Assembly: GCF_009914755.1 (NCBI RefSeq)
Contig: NC_060925.1
Origin: the human T2T-CHM13v2.0 reference genome, Homo sapiens
DNA length: 64,000 nt
Strand: one strand, 5' to 3'
Shown here: positions 32,701 to 60,470 of the stretch, one piece after another
Layout: each line of letters opens with the position of its first letter
Numbering within the stretch: position 1 is the first letter of the stretch
The notes under the pieces: model-generated
Databases searched by the model: none
Told to the model about the DNA's origin: nothing
Seen by the model: the letters and a program-made list of their open reading frames with translations, nothing else
Position numbers and translations under genes: made by a program

Positions 32701-35108
32701 GATGGGCAGAGCAGGTTTTTCTGGAGTCTCTAGGTGACAGCATGAGGAGGGGCAAAGGCTGAGACAGCTAAATGGTATGACCCTTGAAGTAGTAAGGGCT
32801 TTTACAAGAAGGAGGTGGAATAAGGAACTGAGTTGGGCTTTGGCAAGGAGACATGAGGCCCCCTCCTAAACCTGAAATCCTGGGGGTGTAAGAATCTAAA
32901 CAGATTCTACCAGGAGGGCCATGCAGAAGGGGAGCCCTGGGGTAGAGCCAGCTTTGGATGCAGGCTGGAGGTGGGCAGGTGACTGGAGAGGCTGAGGATG
33001 GAGGAGACTTAGCTGATTGGGAAGAAGGGTTTTCAAGAGCAGAGTAAAAAGGTTGGGAAGGGAAGGAAGGCTGGGAAATGGGTCGAGGAAGATGAAGCAT
33101 AGAGCAGTGAAGGGGCAAGGAGAGTGTGGTTGACCTCGCCAGTTACATGTTGTGGAGAGAGGATGAGGGCAGGTCTGTGGAGCAGTGTTGGAGGCAGAAG
33201 TGAGTCTGGGGAGAAGAAGAGTGGGGGCTGTGGGTAGGAATGAGGGCAAGTGGGGAGAAGATGAAGGCAGAGGATTTCATAGGAAGGAGATGGGGGAAAG
33301 GAGTTCTTGTGGGGAGAGGATGGAGAAAATGGACAGATGTGAGGAAAAGGTGGGGGCAGATGGAGTCTACCAGGAAGTGATGAGTAGCAGGGGTAGGGGT
33401 ATCTGCCAGGGTATGACTGGGGAGCAGAAGAGGGTCCATGAGAAGGAAGTGACAAATTGGAGTGCATATGCCCCTGGGAGAGAAATAAGGACACCTTGTT
33501 TGGAAGTTTGAGGAGATAATGTTTCTCTCTCCCTATCTCTGAATGGAGAACTGAGAGTTAGGAGTCAGGGACGGGAGCCCAAGGAGAAGGCCTGTCTCAT
33601 TCTACATGTGAAACCTACAGGAATAGGAGGCAGTGACTTGCTTGTTGTCTCCGAGGCCATGTGGGGACAGTGAGCCAGGCTGGCAACCCATGCCTTGGAG
33701 GCCTCTTTGCTTTCAGAAGGTGTCTTTTGATTTGCCGGGGGGGTGGGGAAGCCCTCTGGGAAATTTTATTTAGAAACAAGACCTATTGACCTCTTGATTT
33801 TTAATACCTCCCCTTCGCTTGTTGCCAAGGACCTTTGGCTTAGCATGAGAGCTGAGGCTTTTGAGATTGTGTGATTTTAGTTTCCCTGCATGAAGAAGAA
33901 CCATTTGGCCACTATAGAAATGATTTATGGATGAGTCCAGATTTATTAATCACCTCTGAAGATGGAGAGGAAATTAAAAACAAAGAGTCCACTCTGGGCT
34001 GAAGACAAAGTAGGTCTGTTATCCTTGCAGAAGACTTTGCCAAGGTTAGAAGGCCACAAACAAACCAATTTGGACCGAGGTTCTTAATCTGGATTTTTAA
34101 TTTCGCGTGCTTGATTTTTCGCACCATTTTCTCTCTGAGGTAAAATAATGACTATTTTAATTGGCTGCCACTTACAGAGAGATCCCAATAAGCATGATGG
34201 CATACATATATTTTTCTCTGGCATTCCATGTGTGCTCCAGTTCTTATGATCAAGCTGGTGAAGCTGACTTTTACTGCATGCTGCATGCCATGATCAGTTG
34301 ACTATAAATTAAATCTTCTTTTCCAAAAGCCATTTTCCATTAGTGCTAATTTGTTTGCTTCTCATTTCCACTGATCATTAGAGTCTCTGGTTGTGAGCAC
34401 CAAATTGGAAATAATTTCTGTGACATTTCAAAAAAAATTTCTCCCCTTCTTGAATGCCATTTGGCTGCAGCTAAATAACATTATGGTTTACAGAAGAACA
34501 GTTCACTCCAATTACAATTTAACTGACCGTTCATGGCACTGAATCCCTGTCCTTAGTGTCCAAAGATGACACCGCTGCTGACATTGCTGTTTCCTGTCAT
34601 AGCTGTAAAACACCTCGTAGACTTTGCACTGGCCTTCTTGGATGGAGATTCTGCCACTCCGCACATGGCAGCTTTGGGAAGTTGGTAGTTTTATGGACCT
34701 GCATATCATGGACATTCAGATATAATCATCTCAACAGGAGCTGGGTGATTTCTTCACACATTCACTCAGCGAGCATTTATTCAACATCTATTTTGTGCCA
34801 GGCATTATGCCAGGTCCTAGGGACACAGAGACAGGGAAGACCAACCCCTGCCCTTGAGGAACTCACACTCTAGTGGGAAGGATGGGTAAGTTTTAAAGCA
34901 TATTAGAGGAAGAGGTGGCATGGATGGGACCAGAGCTGCAAACCCCTAGTTGTCCCAGGGAGTTTGCCAAAGGGCAAAAAGGAACCTGGCCATTCCTGAT
35001 GGCAGAGCAACACTGAGATGCAGAGGGCCCTGGAAGGGCCTGGGGAGTTGAGAGTGCAAGGTTGTTGTAATGTGGAAGTGACTAGAGATGAAGTTAGATT
35101 GGGGCCAA

Positions 35109-36450
<1,342 letters not shown>

Positions 36451-37586
36451 GATAGGTAAAAATCAAGGCTAACAAGAAAAATGCCTAAATAGAGGGGTTA
36501 AGGATACAAGGGAGGCAGGAGTAATGAGTAGAATGAGGGCCCTGAGAAGGCGGGGTGGATGGAGGCAGAGCTCTGGTAGATGGCTAGAGAAGGAGAGGAG
36601 AAGGATGGATGTGGATAGAGATGAAGAAAGAAGAGGAGTATGACGACATTCTTACCTAATGGCCTATAACTTTCTTTGTTAAACCCAAAAGTAGGCCTTC
36701 TGAGAATAGATGGAAGAGGTGGGAAGGTAAGGAGCTTGGAATTGTAGACTTCATAGGTGGGATGGTGCTAGCCAGTCACAGATTTGGGGTGTGGGTTTTG
36801 GGTATGAAAGCTGTGTTGGTTGGAGGTGAAAGCGGGAGGTCGCTGGAGTCTGCATTCCATGTCTCTTCTCTGTGCGCCAACAGAACCTGGGATATATCCC
36901 ATCAGAGCGCTCTCCACTGTTCATTAAAATCACCTTTTTGCTTGTCTCTCTGCCCTGCCAGTCTGTAAGCACCCGAGGGCAAGGTCTATGTTTGTCACGT
37001 TAACCAATCCCAAGCCCAGTGCTCGGCTCAGAGTTGGCACCTGGGAATCTGTTTAATTAACTAATGTGCAGAGCTAAGGAAATTAAAGTGCACATTCTGA
37101 GCACAGTGTGTTGGATGTCAGTTTAAATAACACTTATTGAGTGCCTGTGTTTTACCAGAGACCCTGCTAGCCACCCAAATTACAAAGATGGAGCACACTG
37201 ATGTTGAAATTGCCTAGTGGCTCTTGAGTAAACAGGAAGGCTTACGTGTCAAAGTCATTGATCGGCACTGCGGCAAGGTAGAGAGGGAAAGACAGATGGC
37301 CTGACCTCAGAGGAGGAGGAAGGGTTCAGGAACAGTAGTAGGGATTTAGAGAATGGTGTTTGAGGTGTAGGATAGTGGGCAGCCCCCTTCCTGATTTAGA
37401 AGCAGCAGCAGCATGGGTTGAGGCAAGGGGTGGGGTGGGGTGTCAGGTTTCACCTGGGGCCGAATTTAGATGGAAATTCTTTGGCCTGAAATGTTTGAAG
37501 CTTTATCCTCAGGTAGTAAGGAACCACTGAAGAGTTTGAAGCAGTGAAATCTGTCAGATTTGTACTTTTAAAAATCTCACATCAAA

Positions 37587-37903
37587 GCCTGGCCTGGTGG
37601 CTCACACCTGTAATCCCAGTACTTTGGGAGGCCGAGGCAGGAGGATTGCTTGAGCCCAGGAGTTTGACACCAGCCTGGGCAACGAAGCAAGACCCCACCT
37701 CTACAAAAAATAAACAAATATAAAAATAAAAATTAGGTGGGCATGGTGGCATGCACCTGTAGTCCCAGCTACTCAGGAGGCTGAGGTGGGAGGATCACTC
37801 GAGCCCAGGCGATTGAGGCTGCGGTAAGTTATGATTGTGCCACTGCACTCCAGCCTGGGTGACAGAGCAAGGCCCTGTCTCAAAAATAAAAATAAAAATA
37901 AAA
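37587..37903 (+). mobile_element. AluJ with TSD AAAAATCTCACATCA, inserted in L2
   Basis: Alu consensus with direct repeats. Confidence 0.88.
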
Positions 37904-38812
37904 AATCTCACATCACTGTGGAGTTTAGGCTGGGGCAAGCCCGAAGACCAGTGGAGGCTGTTGCAGTAATCCATATGCGGAACAAGGGTGTGAAACTGAA
38001 ATAGCGGCAGTGGAGGTGAAGACAGACAGACTGATCTCAGGGAAATTTAGGACATGTAATTGGCAGGAGCTGGCAACAGTTCAGATGAGGGCAAGGGAGA
38101 GGAATAAGTCAAAGACAACTTTTGGCTGACTAGGAGGGTGGTGACCCAAGCACTGAAATAGGACCAACACAGGGCAAGGGGCAGGTGTGAGTTGATGAGT
38201 TCAGTTTGGGACCTGTTGACTTGAGGAGCCTGTGACACATACCAGTGAAGAGTCTGCCGGTCACTTAAGTACATAAAGAGATCTGGAGCTCAGGTGGGAG
38301 GCCCAGACTGAGGAGACGGATTTGAGAGTCGTGCGCCTATAAATGTAATTTGAAGTGATGGGGTGAATGAGGTCACCCAGGGATTACAAAGCATGAGAAG
38401 AGAACTAAGAACGGGAAAACGACCTGCAAAGGCACTATCCTGCAATGGCAACTGAGGATTCAGAGAGTCTGGAGTAGAACCAGGGGATTCTGGGGTTAGG
38501 AAAAGAGTCATTCACAATCCATCAGAGAGACCAAGCACGCTGGGACGGTGAGCTAAACCACTAAATCTGACAACAGGAGATTATTGGTGACACCTTGGAG
38601 CACAGAGGAGAACAGGATCCATGCCCTTGGCTTAGTGGGGAAAAACCTGGACTTTGGAGTTATATGCAGATCTAAGTTCAAATCCCATTCCCATCCCTAT
38701 TTGAGACCTTCAATAAATGAGCAAACCCTTCTAAACCTTAGTTTCTTCATCTGAAAGTTGTGGATAATGATGACCTCCTGAGGATCTTAAGAGGATTAAA
38801 ACAAAGAATTTA

Positions 38813-38982
38813 GGCAGGGTGCGGTGGCTCACACCTGTAATTCCAGCACTTTGGGAGGCCAAGGTGGGAAGATAGCTTGAGGCCAGGAGTTTGAGATCAG
38901 CCTAGGCAACACAGAGAGACCCCATCTCTATAAACAAAAACAACCACAGAGAGAGAGAGAGAGTGTGTGAGTGTGTGTGCGT
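38813..38982 (+). mobile_element. FLAM-like Alu monomer followed by (GA)n(GT)n
   Basis: Single left arm, then GAGAGA...GTGTGT. Confidence 0.75.
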
Positions 38983-40247
38983 ATGGTGTGTGGATAGCTC
39001 TTAATCAACACTCAAAAAATGTCAGTTTCTTCTCCCTGCCTTCATTCCTTCTGCCTTCACCAGGAAACACAGCTAACATCACTTTTTCCTTAGCGGTCAA
39101 CAAGCTTAGATACAATTTATCCCAGCAACTGACTCTTGAAATTGACACATTTTGGTCTTTTTTCCACTGTTTTCATCTTATTAATTATTTTTAAAAATGG
39201 TAGTTAATGGGTCTTTTTTTACCCTCATCAAGCTTACTATTAAAGAAAGGTTGAGATAAATAATACATGACTGGAGGCTCTTAATTAAATATACTTAATG
39301 TCTTTTATCTCCCCCTACTTCTGAAAAACCTTAGTGACATAACCCCGCTGAAGAAATATAAAAAAGCATTCAGTCACAAAAGTTCATGGAAGGAGGCAAC
39401 AGGAGATGAAAGAATTCAACAAATATTTGGAAGGCAGAAGGCAGGTGCAGGGAGGCTAACCGGCTTGAAGCAGAGGAAATTGCAAGCAACTGCCAACAAG
39501 GGGAGCTTACCAACAAGAAACCAGTCAATTCAGCCAGTTTGACCTCTAAGAGGCTTAATGCTTGAAAGCACAAATTACCACTGAAGGTCAGAAATGAGGT
39601 ATGGAGCCCAACCTAGGGGGATTCACTGACCTCTGTGTGCAGAGCACTTGCCTGCACTCCAGACCCTCAACCGCCAAGAAAGAAATGACTCTAAACTTTC
39701 TTGCTGCATGAAGAGGAAGGAAGTTGGACTCTGTAGGCCTCCTTGCACAGGGACCTCAGGCAGGGCTTGAAGGGCAGGAATGAGACATAGAGTTGAAAAC
39801 TGATGAGTAGAGGGAAGGTCTACACACAGCATTGTGTGAGCCCTTCCCCCACCTGACTCCCAACATGCCATGGCGAGGTGTCTGTAATAGCACCCCTGCT
39901 CTCTCACCCTCCCTGGGAAAGTAGGAAAGTCTTCTCCAGAGACCCTGATATCTCTATGAGGGTGTTAAAAAAAAACAAACAAGCTTCCACTGACTGACAT
40001 TTATGAATTCCCCAGTGAGAAGACTAGTTGCCTAATAAATATCCAAACACTGAAGGATACAGTGATTTAAAGAGCCCACCAAGGGCCTACTATAGTAAAT
40101 TAAAAAAGACCTTCACCAAAGCATATCATTATACAACTTCAGAAAGGTTTCAAAATCATCAGGAGTGAAAAAAATAGACAAAGGCACAGGAATCAGAATG
40201 ACTTCAGATTTCTCATCAGTAACAGCAACTGGGGAGGGTGAATCTGA

Positions 40248-41643
<1,396 letters not shown>

Positions 41644-41737
41644 CTATTGATTTAACTCTAAAGTATGGGAAATAATGTTGGAGGATAGAAAGAAAAAAAA
41701 TGGGAGTTAGAGTGGTGCAATAAAACTGATTCCTCCA

Positions 41738-41911
41738 CTGGGCAAGGTGGCATGCGCCTGTAGCCCCAGCTACTCAGGAGGCTGAGGCAGGAGGACTGCT
41801 TGAGGCCAGGAGTTTAAGGCTGCAGTTTACTATGATCGTACCTGTGAATAGCCACTGCACTGCAGGCCGGGCAACATAGTGAGACCTCATTTCAGAAAAA
41901 AAAAAAAAAAA
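41738..41911 (+). mobile_element. FAM (fossil Alu monomer)-like element
   Basis: Monomer retaining the 7SL-like CCTGTGAATAGCCACTGCACT segment. Confidence 0.7.
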
Positions 41912-41989
41912 ATGAAGACCTAATTCCTCACCTGCCAGAATGATAAATACATAAATATTGCCTAAGGTTGATACATCGAATGATAGCAG

Positions 41990-42378
41990 TGTATTAGTTT
42001 GCTAGAGCTGCCATAACAAAGTGTTATAGACTAGATAACTTAAATGACAGAAATTCATCATCTCACAGTTCTGGAGGCTGGAAGGCTGAGATTACAGTGT
42101 CACAGGGTTGATTTCCTCTGAGGCCTCTCTCCTTGGCTTGCAGATGACCATGTTTTCCCTGTGTCTTCACCTGGTTTTCTCTCTGTGTATGTCTGTATCC
42201 TAGTCACCTCTTCTTATAAGGACACCAATCATATTGGATAAAGGCCCACCCTAATGACATAGTTTAAACCTAATTTCCTCTTTAAAGACTGTATCTGCAT
42301 TTACAGCCACATCCCGAGTTACTGATGGTTAGGACTTCAACATAGGAATTTGGGGAAAACACAGTTCAGCCCATAACA
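41990..42378 (-). mobile_element. MLT1A-like MaLR solo LTR
   Basis: TG...CA termini, 5-bp flanks AGCAG / AGTAG, characteristic GCTGCCATAACAAA...TCTCACAGTTCTGGAGGCTGGAAG...CTTATAAGGACACC. Confidence 0.85.
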
Positions 42379-43979
42379 AGTAGTATAAGCTCGTTATTTG
42401 GAAATACAGGGGTAAACAGCAGAAAAAATAGCCAAAAGAGTTTAAAGTAGCCTCCTCTGTGAGGAGAAACTGGAGGGCAGCAAGAGGTGAGGCAGGTGCT
42501 ATTACTATTTGATTTTTTTCAAAATAGCAAGTGGCGGAGCTGAGCCTTGAACCCAGTCTGACTCCAGATCTCATGTTCTTCCACTCTCCCCCAAGAGTAG
42601 GAACTCCTCCAGCGCCCTGCAGCATCGTATTCATCTTTGCATCTCCCACGGTACCTTATACAGAGCCACAGGATGGGCCTTCACCACATACATAAGATTT
42701 ACAGCTGCATCACAGTGACGTTTAAAGCTGATGTTTGTTGATGCTTCTTTTCCTGTCTTCAAAGAAGATAGGGGAGACTGAGGTCCAAGGAAACATTGAG
42801 GAGCCGTAATGTGCCCTGCTTAGAGGTCCCTGCCTTTGGCGTCCTGGAATCGCTGGGTGCATCTCTAATGGCACATTGAGTTTTGATACTAGAAAGGGTC
42901 CATTTAAGGCAGGGCAAGGGCACACGGTGCTTTCCTGCCTGATAAAGCTAGTGGTGGTGTCTCAACCCCACCTCCCTGGGGTCTAGAACAGCCATTCACC
43001 CCCATTTTCTTGATGTCAGTTTGGCAACTGAAGGCAGCCACAGCCTCCCTAGGTTATTCTCAGATTTATGACTGCAATGGCATTCACAGTGATTGATGCA
43101 GGATCCCATGAGGGGGTTTGGTCATTTTTGTGTTCAGGTTGGTCCGCAGTCATTCACCTGGTTCTTAAGGCCAGCTAGATTTCGTGGTTATCTCCATCCT
43201 GGAGGCTGCGTGGACGCCCTTCTGGAAGCACGCATCCCATGTCCTCTGGGGAGTAGTAGAGGTTGGTGTGTATGTATGTCTGTCTCCGCATGCCTCAGAT
43301 TATTGCTTCCTAATAAAATTCTGATAGCTGGGCCCCATCAATATCTCAAATACATGTGAGGAAATGTTAATTTAGAATCAATTTTAGGATGTTTCAGACT
43401 GTAAAGTCCTTTTAACTAGATCTCTGGCGAAGATGTAGAAGCACTTTATGGGACTGTAAATTTCATGTTGAACAGTCTTCGTGAAATACACATCTCTCCT
43501 ACACACAAGCTGTTCTCTCCATATCAATCATGGCCCCTGCAAGTAATGTTTCACAAATATTCTGTAAATCACAGAAAACTCCATGATAATGTGAAATATG
43601 ACTTTCACTTGTCTGTTAGACAAAAGAATCACACATGCCTCTCTCCCATCAGCACTAACATTTGTTATGGATAATAACACTTTCAATCACAACTATTTTT
43701 GGAAAACAGGTTTATCTTAAACCTTCCCTCCCCCCACTGAAAATACTCTCCCAAGGACACAGACTCCTACAAACCACAGCCCATTAATCCAACTATGGAA
43801 TGGGAACATTTTCTTCCCACTAACTTTTTTTAAAGTTGTTTTTAAGAGTTAGTGTAAAAGCCCGAGGTACAAGGTTAAGGAGCACTTTAACTTAGGTGAT
43901 TGGCATAAGAGGGAGGCCATGTCTCTCAAGACCTCAAGCCTCTGACCCTGTATGAAGTAAGCCACAAGAGAGGCCCAGA

Positions 43980-44344
<365 letters not shown>

Positions 44345-44633
44345 TAGTTGCTGGCATCAGTAGGGACGCCAAAGAGCTAAAATTTTAGTTCTTAAAGAGC
44401 AGACATTTAGCACACTGATATTCTTAATCCCATTACACTCCAGCTAGAGCCTCCCTGTTCAAGCAGCAGGTGACCAGTTCTAGAGTATATTTTGCGCATA
44501 ACTACATCCATTTGCATGATAAAGCCACACCCTGCCTGCAGTTGATTGCTAGAAAAATAATGGAGTTGCATGATTCTAAACATTCCGGTAACCTGTCTCT
44601 TTTCCCTCCCTCTGTAGCCAACTTCAGGACTGA

Positions 44634-46216
<1,583 letters not shown>

Positions 46217-47049
46217 TTATAAAAATAAAGGTTGTTGAGTCTCCCTGTCTCCACTTCCTCTCCTCCCTTTTCTCCACTTGCTGCCATCTGACTTCGGTGC
46301 CTCCCACTCCACTGATGCAGGTCTTGCTAAGGTTACCCATGTTTTTCCAGTTGCAAAACCCAGGGACTGCATCCTCAGTCCTTATAGGTGACCTCTCAGT
46401 GGCATTTGTCAATCAACCTTTCCCACTTCTCAAAACACTCCTGGTTTCTCTGATACCGATTATCTTGGTGTCTATGCATTTCCCGCTCTTCTTCAGCCAC
46501 CCCTTAAATGCTGTTCCTTGGGATTCCATCCTCGTCCCTCTTCTCTACTCACTCTCAGATTCTCCCTGAGGGACTAGTTCATTGTCAAGATTCAACACCA
46601 CTCTTGTATGAGGGCTTTCAAATAAGTATCCCTGCCCAAATTTCTCTCTTGAATCTGAGTTCCATACCTATATATCCAACTATTCCATACCCATATATCC
46701 ATCTTCACTCATATGCCACAAGATGAGTGTCACATATCTGACTTAGTAAACTAGGGGAATATGGTGCCATTATGTGGAAGAGAACATAAGAAGAGGAGTA
46801 AGCTTGAGGGTAGATAAGCTTGTTTTGGGACATGTTGAGTTTGAGATGTCTGTGCTCAGGATCCCTGGAGGCAGGTCAAGGCTAAAGACAGATCTGGTCA
46901 CCGTCAAGGTGATAGTTCAAGTTATAGGAGGATTTGAGGATATTCCTGCTCTGTGTGCCCATAGCACTCTACAGATTTATCTCAGACCCTTTTATTGTAT
47001 ATTTCTGTCCTTGCCTGAACCCTCTCGCCTTCTCTAAACCCCTTCCTTG

Positions 47050-50900
<3,851 letters not shown>

Positions 50901-52015
50901 AGACTAGCCCAGGACAGAGGAAACAGAAGGTGACAGAAACAAAAGTTGGCCAGCCTAGCCTGAAGAAAAAGGGGAGAATGCACTGAGGAAGGAACAGGGG
51001 CAGAAGTTGAGGGAGCAGGGTGGGGACAATGTAGGAATAAAAAGACCACCGTGTGGGCTGCTGCCTGGCCCCAACTATGGCAGCAAGAGGCAGGGGAGCC
51101 TGGCTCCAGAGCAAACACTATTTTTGCAGTAAAGAGCCTTTCCTAATGAGCCAATCTGTCTCTACTTCTATTGGCATCCTGGGAACCAGGGTGCAGCAGA
51201 GATAATTTGCTTCACACACCCCCCGCCCAAACAAAGCACCATTACCTCCAAACCATTACATTAGCCTTTATCAGCCTTGGAAGCTCTCAGTCATCCTCCA
51301 TGAGCTGCAGTAATTTCAGCTAATTTCTTAAGTGTTCTAAGAGCCTCTGATGTGTTATGAGCCTAGTAATTGTTGACTGGTTCCTTTTCTGTTGTGGCTT
51401 GATTTCATACCTTGTATCTGAGCTGATGCGTGCTTTGGGTACTTTATTATAATGAGGCTTTTTGCAAAGACTCACATTAAAAAATAACATTAAATACTGA
51501 GGTTGTTTTAAATCAGAGTTTAATTTTTCCACCATCTCCTATTATTCTTATTAGGAAGCCAATTCTTCATAAGGATAGTGACCTCCAGTGTAAAACTTTG
51601 AACAAGTACAAAAATTGAGAATTAATGATGAAGCTGGTTCTTTTTAGGGAAATCTAAGAATGAGGCACAAAGTCATGAACTATGCTGACACCAAGGATGC
51701 AATGGGCATGGCTTAGAGAGCTTTGGGATATTGACCCCCAGCCTTCTCCAGGGACCCTTAATTCATCAGAGCCTCCTTGTTCCCTAGAAAGCCTGTAAGA
51801 GCCAAGGTGGCTGAACTGCCACAGAGGAGCTTCCTGGAGAACAGTGAACAGCCAGCACCCTCTTCCCCCAACCCTGTGTGTACTGCCACTTCCCCTTCCG
51901 CTGGTAGCTCCTCTCAGGGTAAAGAGGCACAGTTCAGCTACTTGGCCACCCTGGGCCCGGGGTGGTACCAGAGATCAGGCACGGGCTCTGGCTTCTGTGT
52001 GAAAAACCACCCTGA

Positions 52016-52111
<96 letters not shown>

Positions 52112-52964
52112 TGAGTTCTGTTCTAGCGTGATTCTGGGGGTCTCAGTGGCATCTCAGGCTCATGATGTCTTTGGCATTCACACCACCCAGGGCCACGGAT
52201 TCCTGTTAGCAGTGGGTTCCTTGTAGCTCTTGGGATGGGCCCAGAGGTAATGTCCACCGGGCTCCTGCTCTAGTTGCTCCCCCATCCCTTTCTCTCCAGT
52301 GGCGCTTCACTAGTCAGCACCCTCTCGGTTGTGAATTACAGAAAACCAACTCATATTGGACTCAGAAAAAGGAAAATTAGTGGCTCACTTAACTGGAAAA
52401 ACCCAGAGGGTAGAAATACATATTTCAGCCCTAACTAGATCCAGGGCTCAAACAATGTCATCAGTACTTGGCCTCCTTCTCTGTCTTTTCCCCCATTTCT
52501 GTCTCTTCTCCTCTGTGTTCATAGACCTCTGTATGCCATGGTCCTCAGGAGCTCTAGACATACCAAAAACAGAGCAGATCCTTTCCACAGCTTCCCAAGA
52601 AAGTCCCAGGCTTTGAGCCTCATTGGACCAATTTAGGTCCCATGCCCAGCCCCAAACGAACTTCTGCAGTCAGAAGGGTGACATACCCTGTCACCTCCTC
52701 ACCCCACCAAAACTACATGGCCCATGAGTGGCAGAGGGGTGATTCCCCAAGTGACAGTTGAGGTGGTATTACAAGAAGAAGAAGAGATGCTGGAATGGCA
52801 AAACCAAGAACTGTCCCTAGTATGTAATTCCAGTCTTTCCTGCTGGAAGGAAGAATTTCCACACTCGTATCACTTTACCTATGGACATTTCCTGGATAGG
52901 AGGGCAAAGTATGTAAAGAGGGGACCTTGGGATCTCTTTGAAAGCTCAGTGCAAAGGAACTTGA

Positions 52965-53183
<219 letters not shown>

Positions 53184-53468
53184 TGACAAGATGTGTCTCC
53201 CTAGGGGCCTGAATGACATGGTGGCAGAACCCACCACTGCTATAGGAAAAACACATCATGAAACTGGTTGAACAGGAAGCTTTTTGTGCTCCTGTCCATG
53301 TCACCACTGGAAGACCCAGATTTATGATTCTCCTGATTCATCATTTGCTCACATTTTTCAGTAGTGGTTTTAGAAATACTTCTCCTTTTTAAATATATCC
53401 TCTTTCAGGCATCCATTCAAAGATTTGTTGAGCTGTGGCCCAATATCTTTTGTGAAATTGAGTTATGA

Positions 53469-55694
<2,226 letters not shown>

Positions 55695-55779
55695 CTAAGG
55701 TAAACAAGACAGTGATGCAACATGAGAACCAGGCCTCAATTTTGCTTTGGTTGAACAGGCTTGGTTGAAGAGCTTTTAA

Positions 55780-56088
<309 letters not shown>

Positions 56089-56585
56089 TGATTCAGATGC
56101 AATAATCTTACAATTACCTTCCGCAGTTGCTCTCCACACAGGCATGAGAAACGGAGCTCAGCCTCCCACTGCATGTCTGTTGTTCAATCAGCGTTACTTC
56201 CAGAAGGCCAAGGTAGGGCAGAGAGTTCATGCCTCCCAGCAGAGTGATTTGTCCTGTTTACTTAAGGATCAGAAAGATGTTGGCAGACTTAAAAGTGGTT
56301 GAGACAAGCAACAAGGATGATGAAAGGGCTGTAGAAAAGATTAAAGGAGTCGATTTGATAGGGAAAGAATAATGGTGCATTTGTAGACAGCATGTAAGTG
56401 AAGAGGCCAGATCTCCAGTGCTGGGGAAGGCTTTTTTTTTTTTCTTGTTGGCTTTTGCCCTTCTCTCAGACAGTACCCTCGGATGCAAGTGAAAACCGAA
56501 TTTGGGGCACGGTGAGCATACGAAGACATCGTACCTAGTAAAGAGGGGATAGAGGCTTAAAAAGTGGCTTTAAGATGAACCATCA

Positions 56586-57772
<1,187 letters not shown>

Positions 57773-58276
57773 TCAGATGCAACAAAGTCATTCAGTAAGG
57801 GTAGAATAGAAAGATAGTCCCAGCAGGAAAAGTTTTGGTGAGTTAGGAGACTGTCTATGGCAGGAAAAATTAAATCGCAGCAGCCCATCAAAGGATGAAT
57901 AGGGGATGAAGAAGTGGCTTCTCTTGGGAGGCTTAGATGTAAAGGGAAAAAAGAGCAATAGCAAAGGAGAAGACAGAGTTGAAGGACGATGTTGTTAAAT
58001 ATGGATGAGCTTGAGGATGTTTAATGCTAAAAGAAAAGAACCAATGCATGGGTAAAGTTTGAGGAGAGAGGAAAAAGGGGGCTGTCTGATGGGATGAGGT
58101 TCCTGAGGAAGAGAAGATTTTAGGATCTTGAATGAGTTCCATTCTCCTTGCCCTGTGTCCTCTCTCCCCCAATCAGAGTAGCCGGCCTTGTTCCTGCACC
58201 TCTAGCAGGTAGCCTCATTTAATGCCTCCTGAGCTAGAGAGTTCAGTGGCAGCCTCAGCCTAGGCCCAGTGACTCA

Positions 58277-59291
<1,015 letters not shown>

Positions 59292-59421
59292 TAGGGTGCC
59301 TGAACGGTTACGAGAATCTGCCTGGGTCCAGAGCTGGCTCTGGCTCCCAGTCTTATGTGATGCTTCCTGGCTAAACAGAAATCACCCTGAGGAATGTCCT
59401 TCTTCTAAGAAACTAAACTGA

Positions 59422-60470
<1,049 letters not shown>

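Noticed and set aside
32950-33500. Strongly purine-skewed tract with Pro/Ser-rich minus-strand ORFs
   Set aside because: Compositional bias (probably degenerate L2 or low complexity) explains the ORFs; no periodic repeat unit seen
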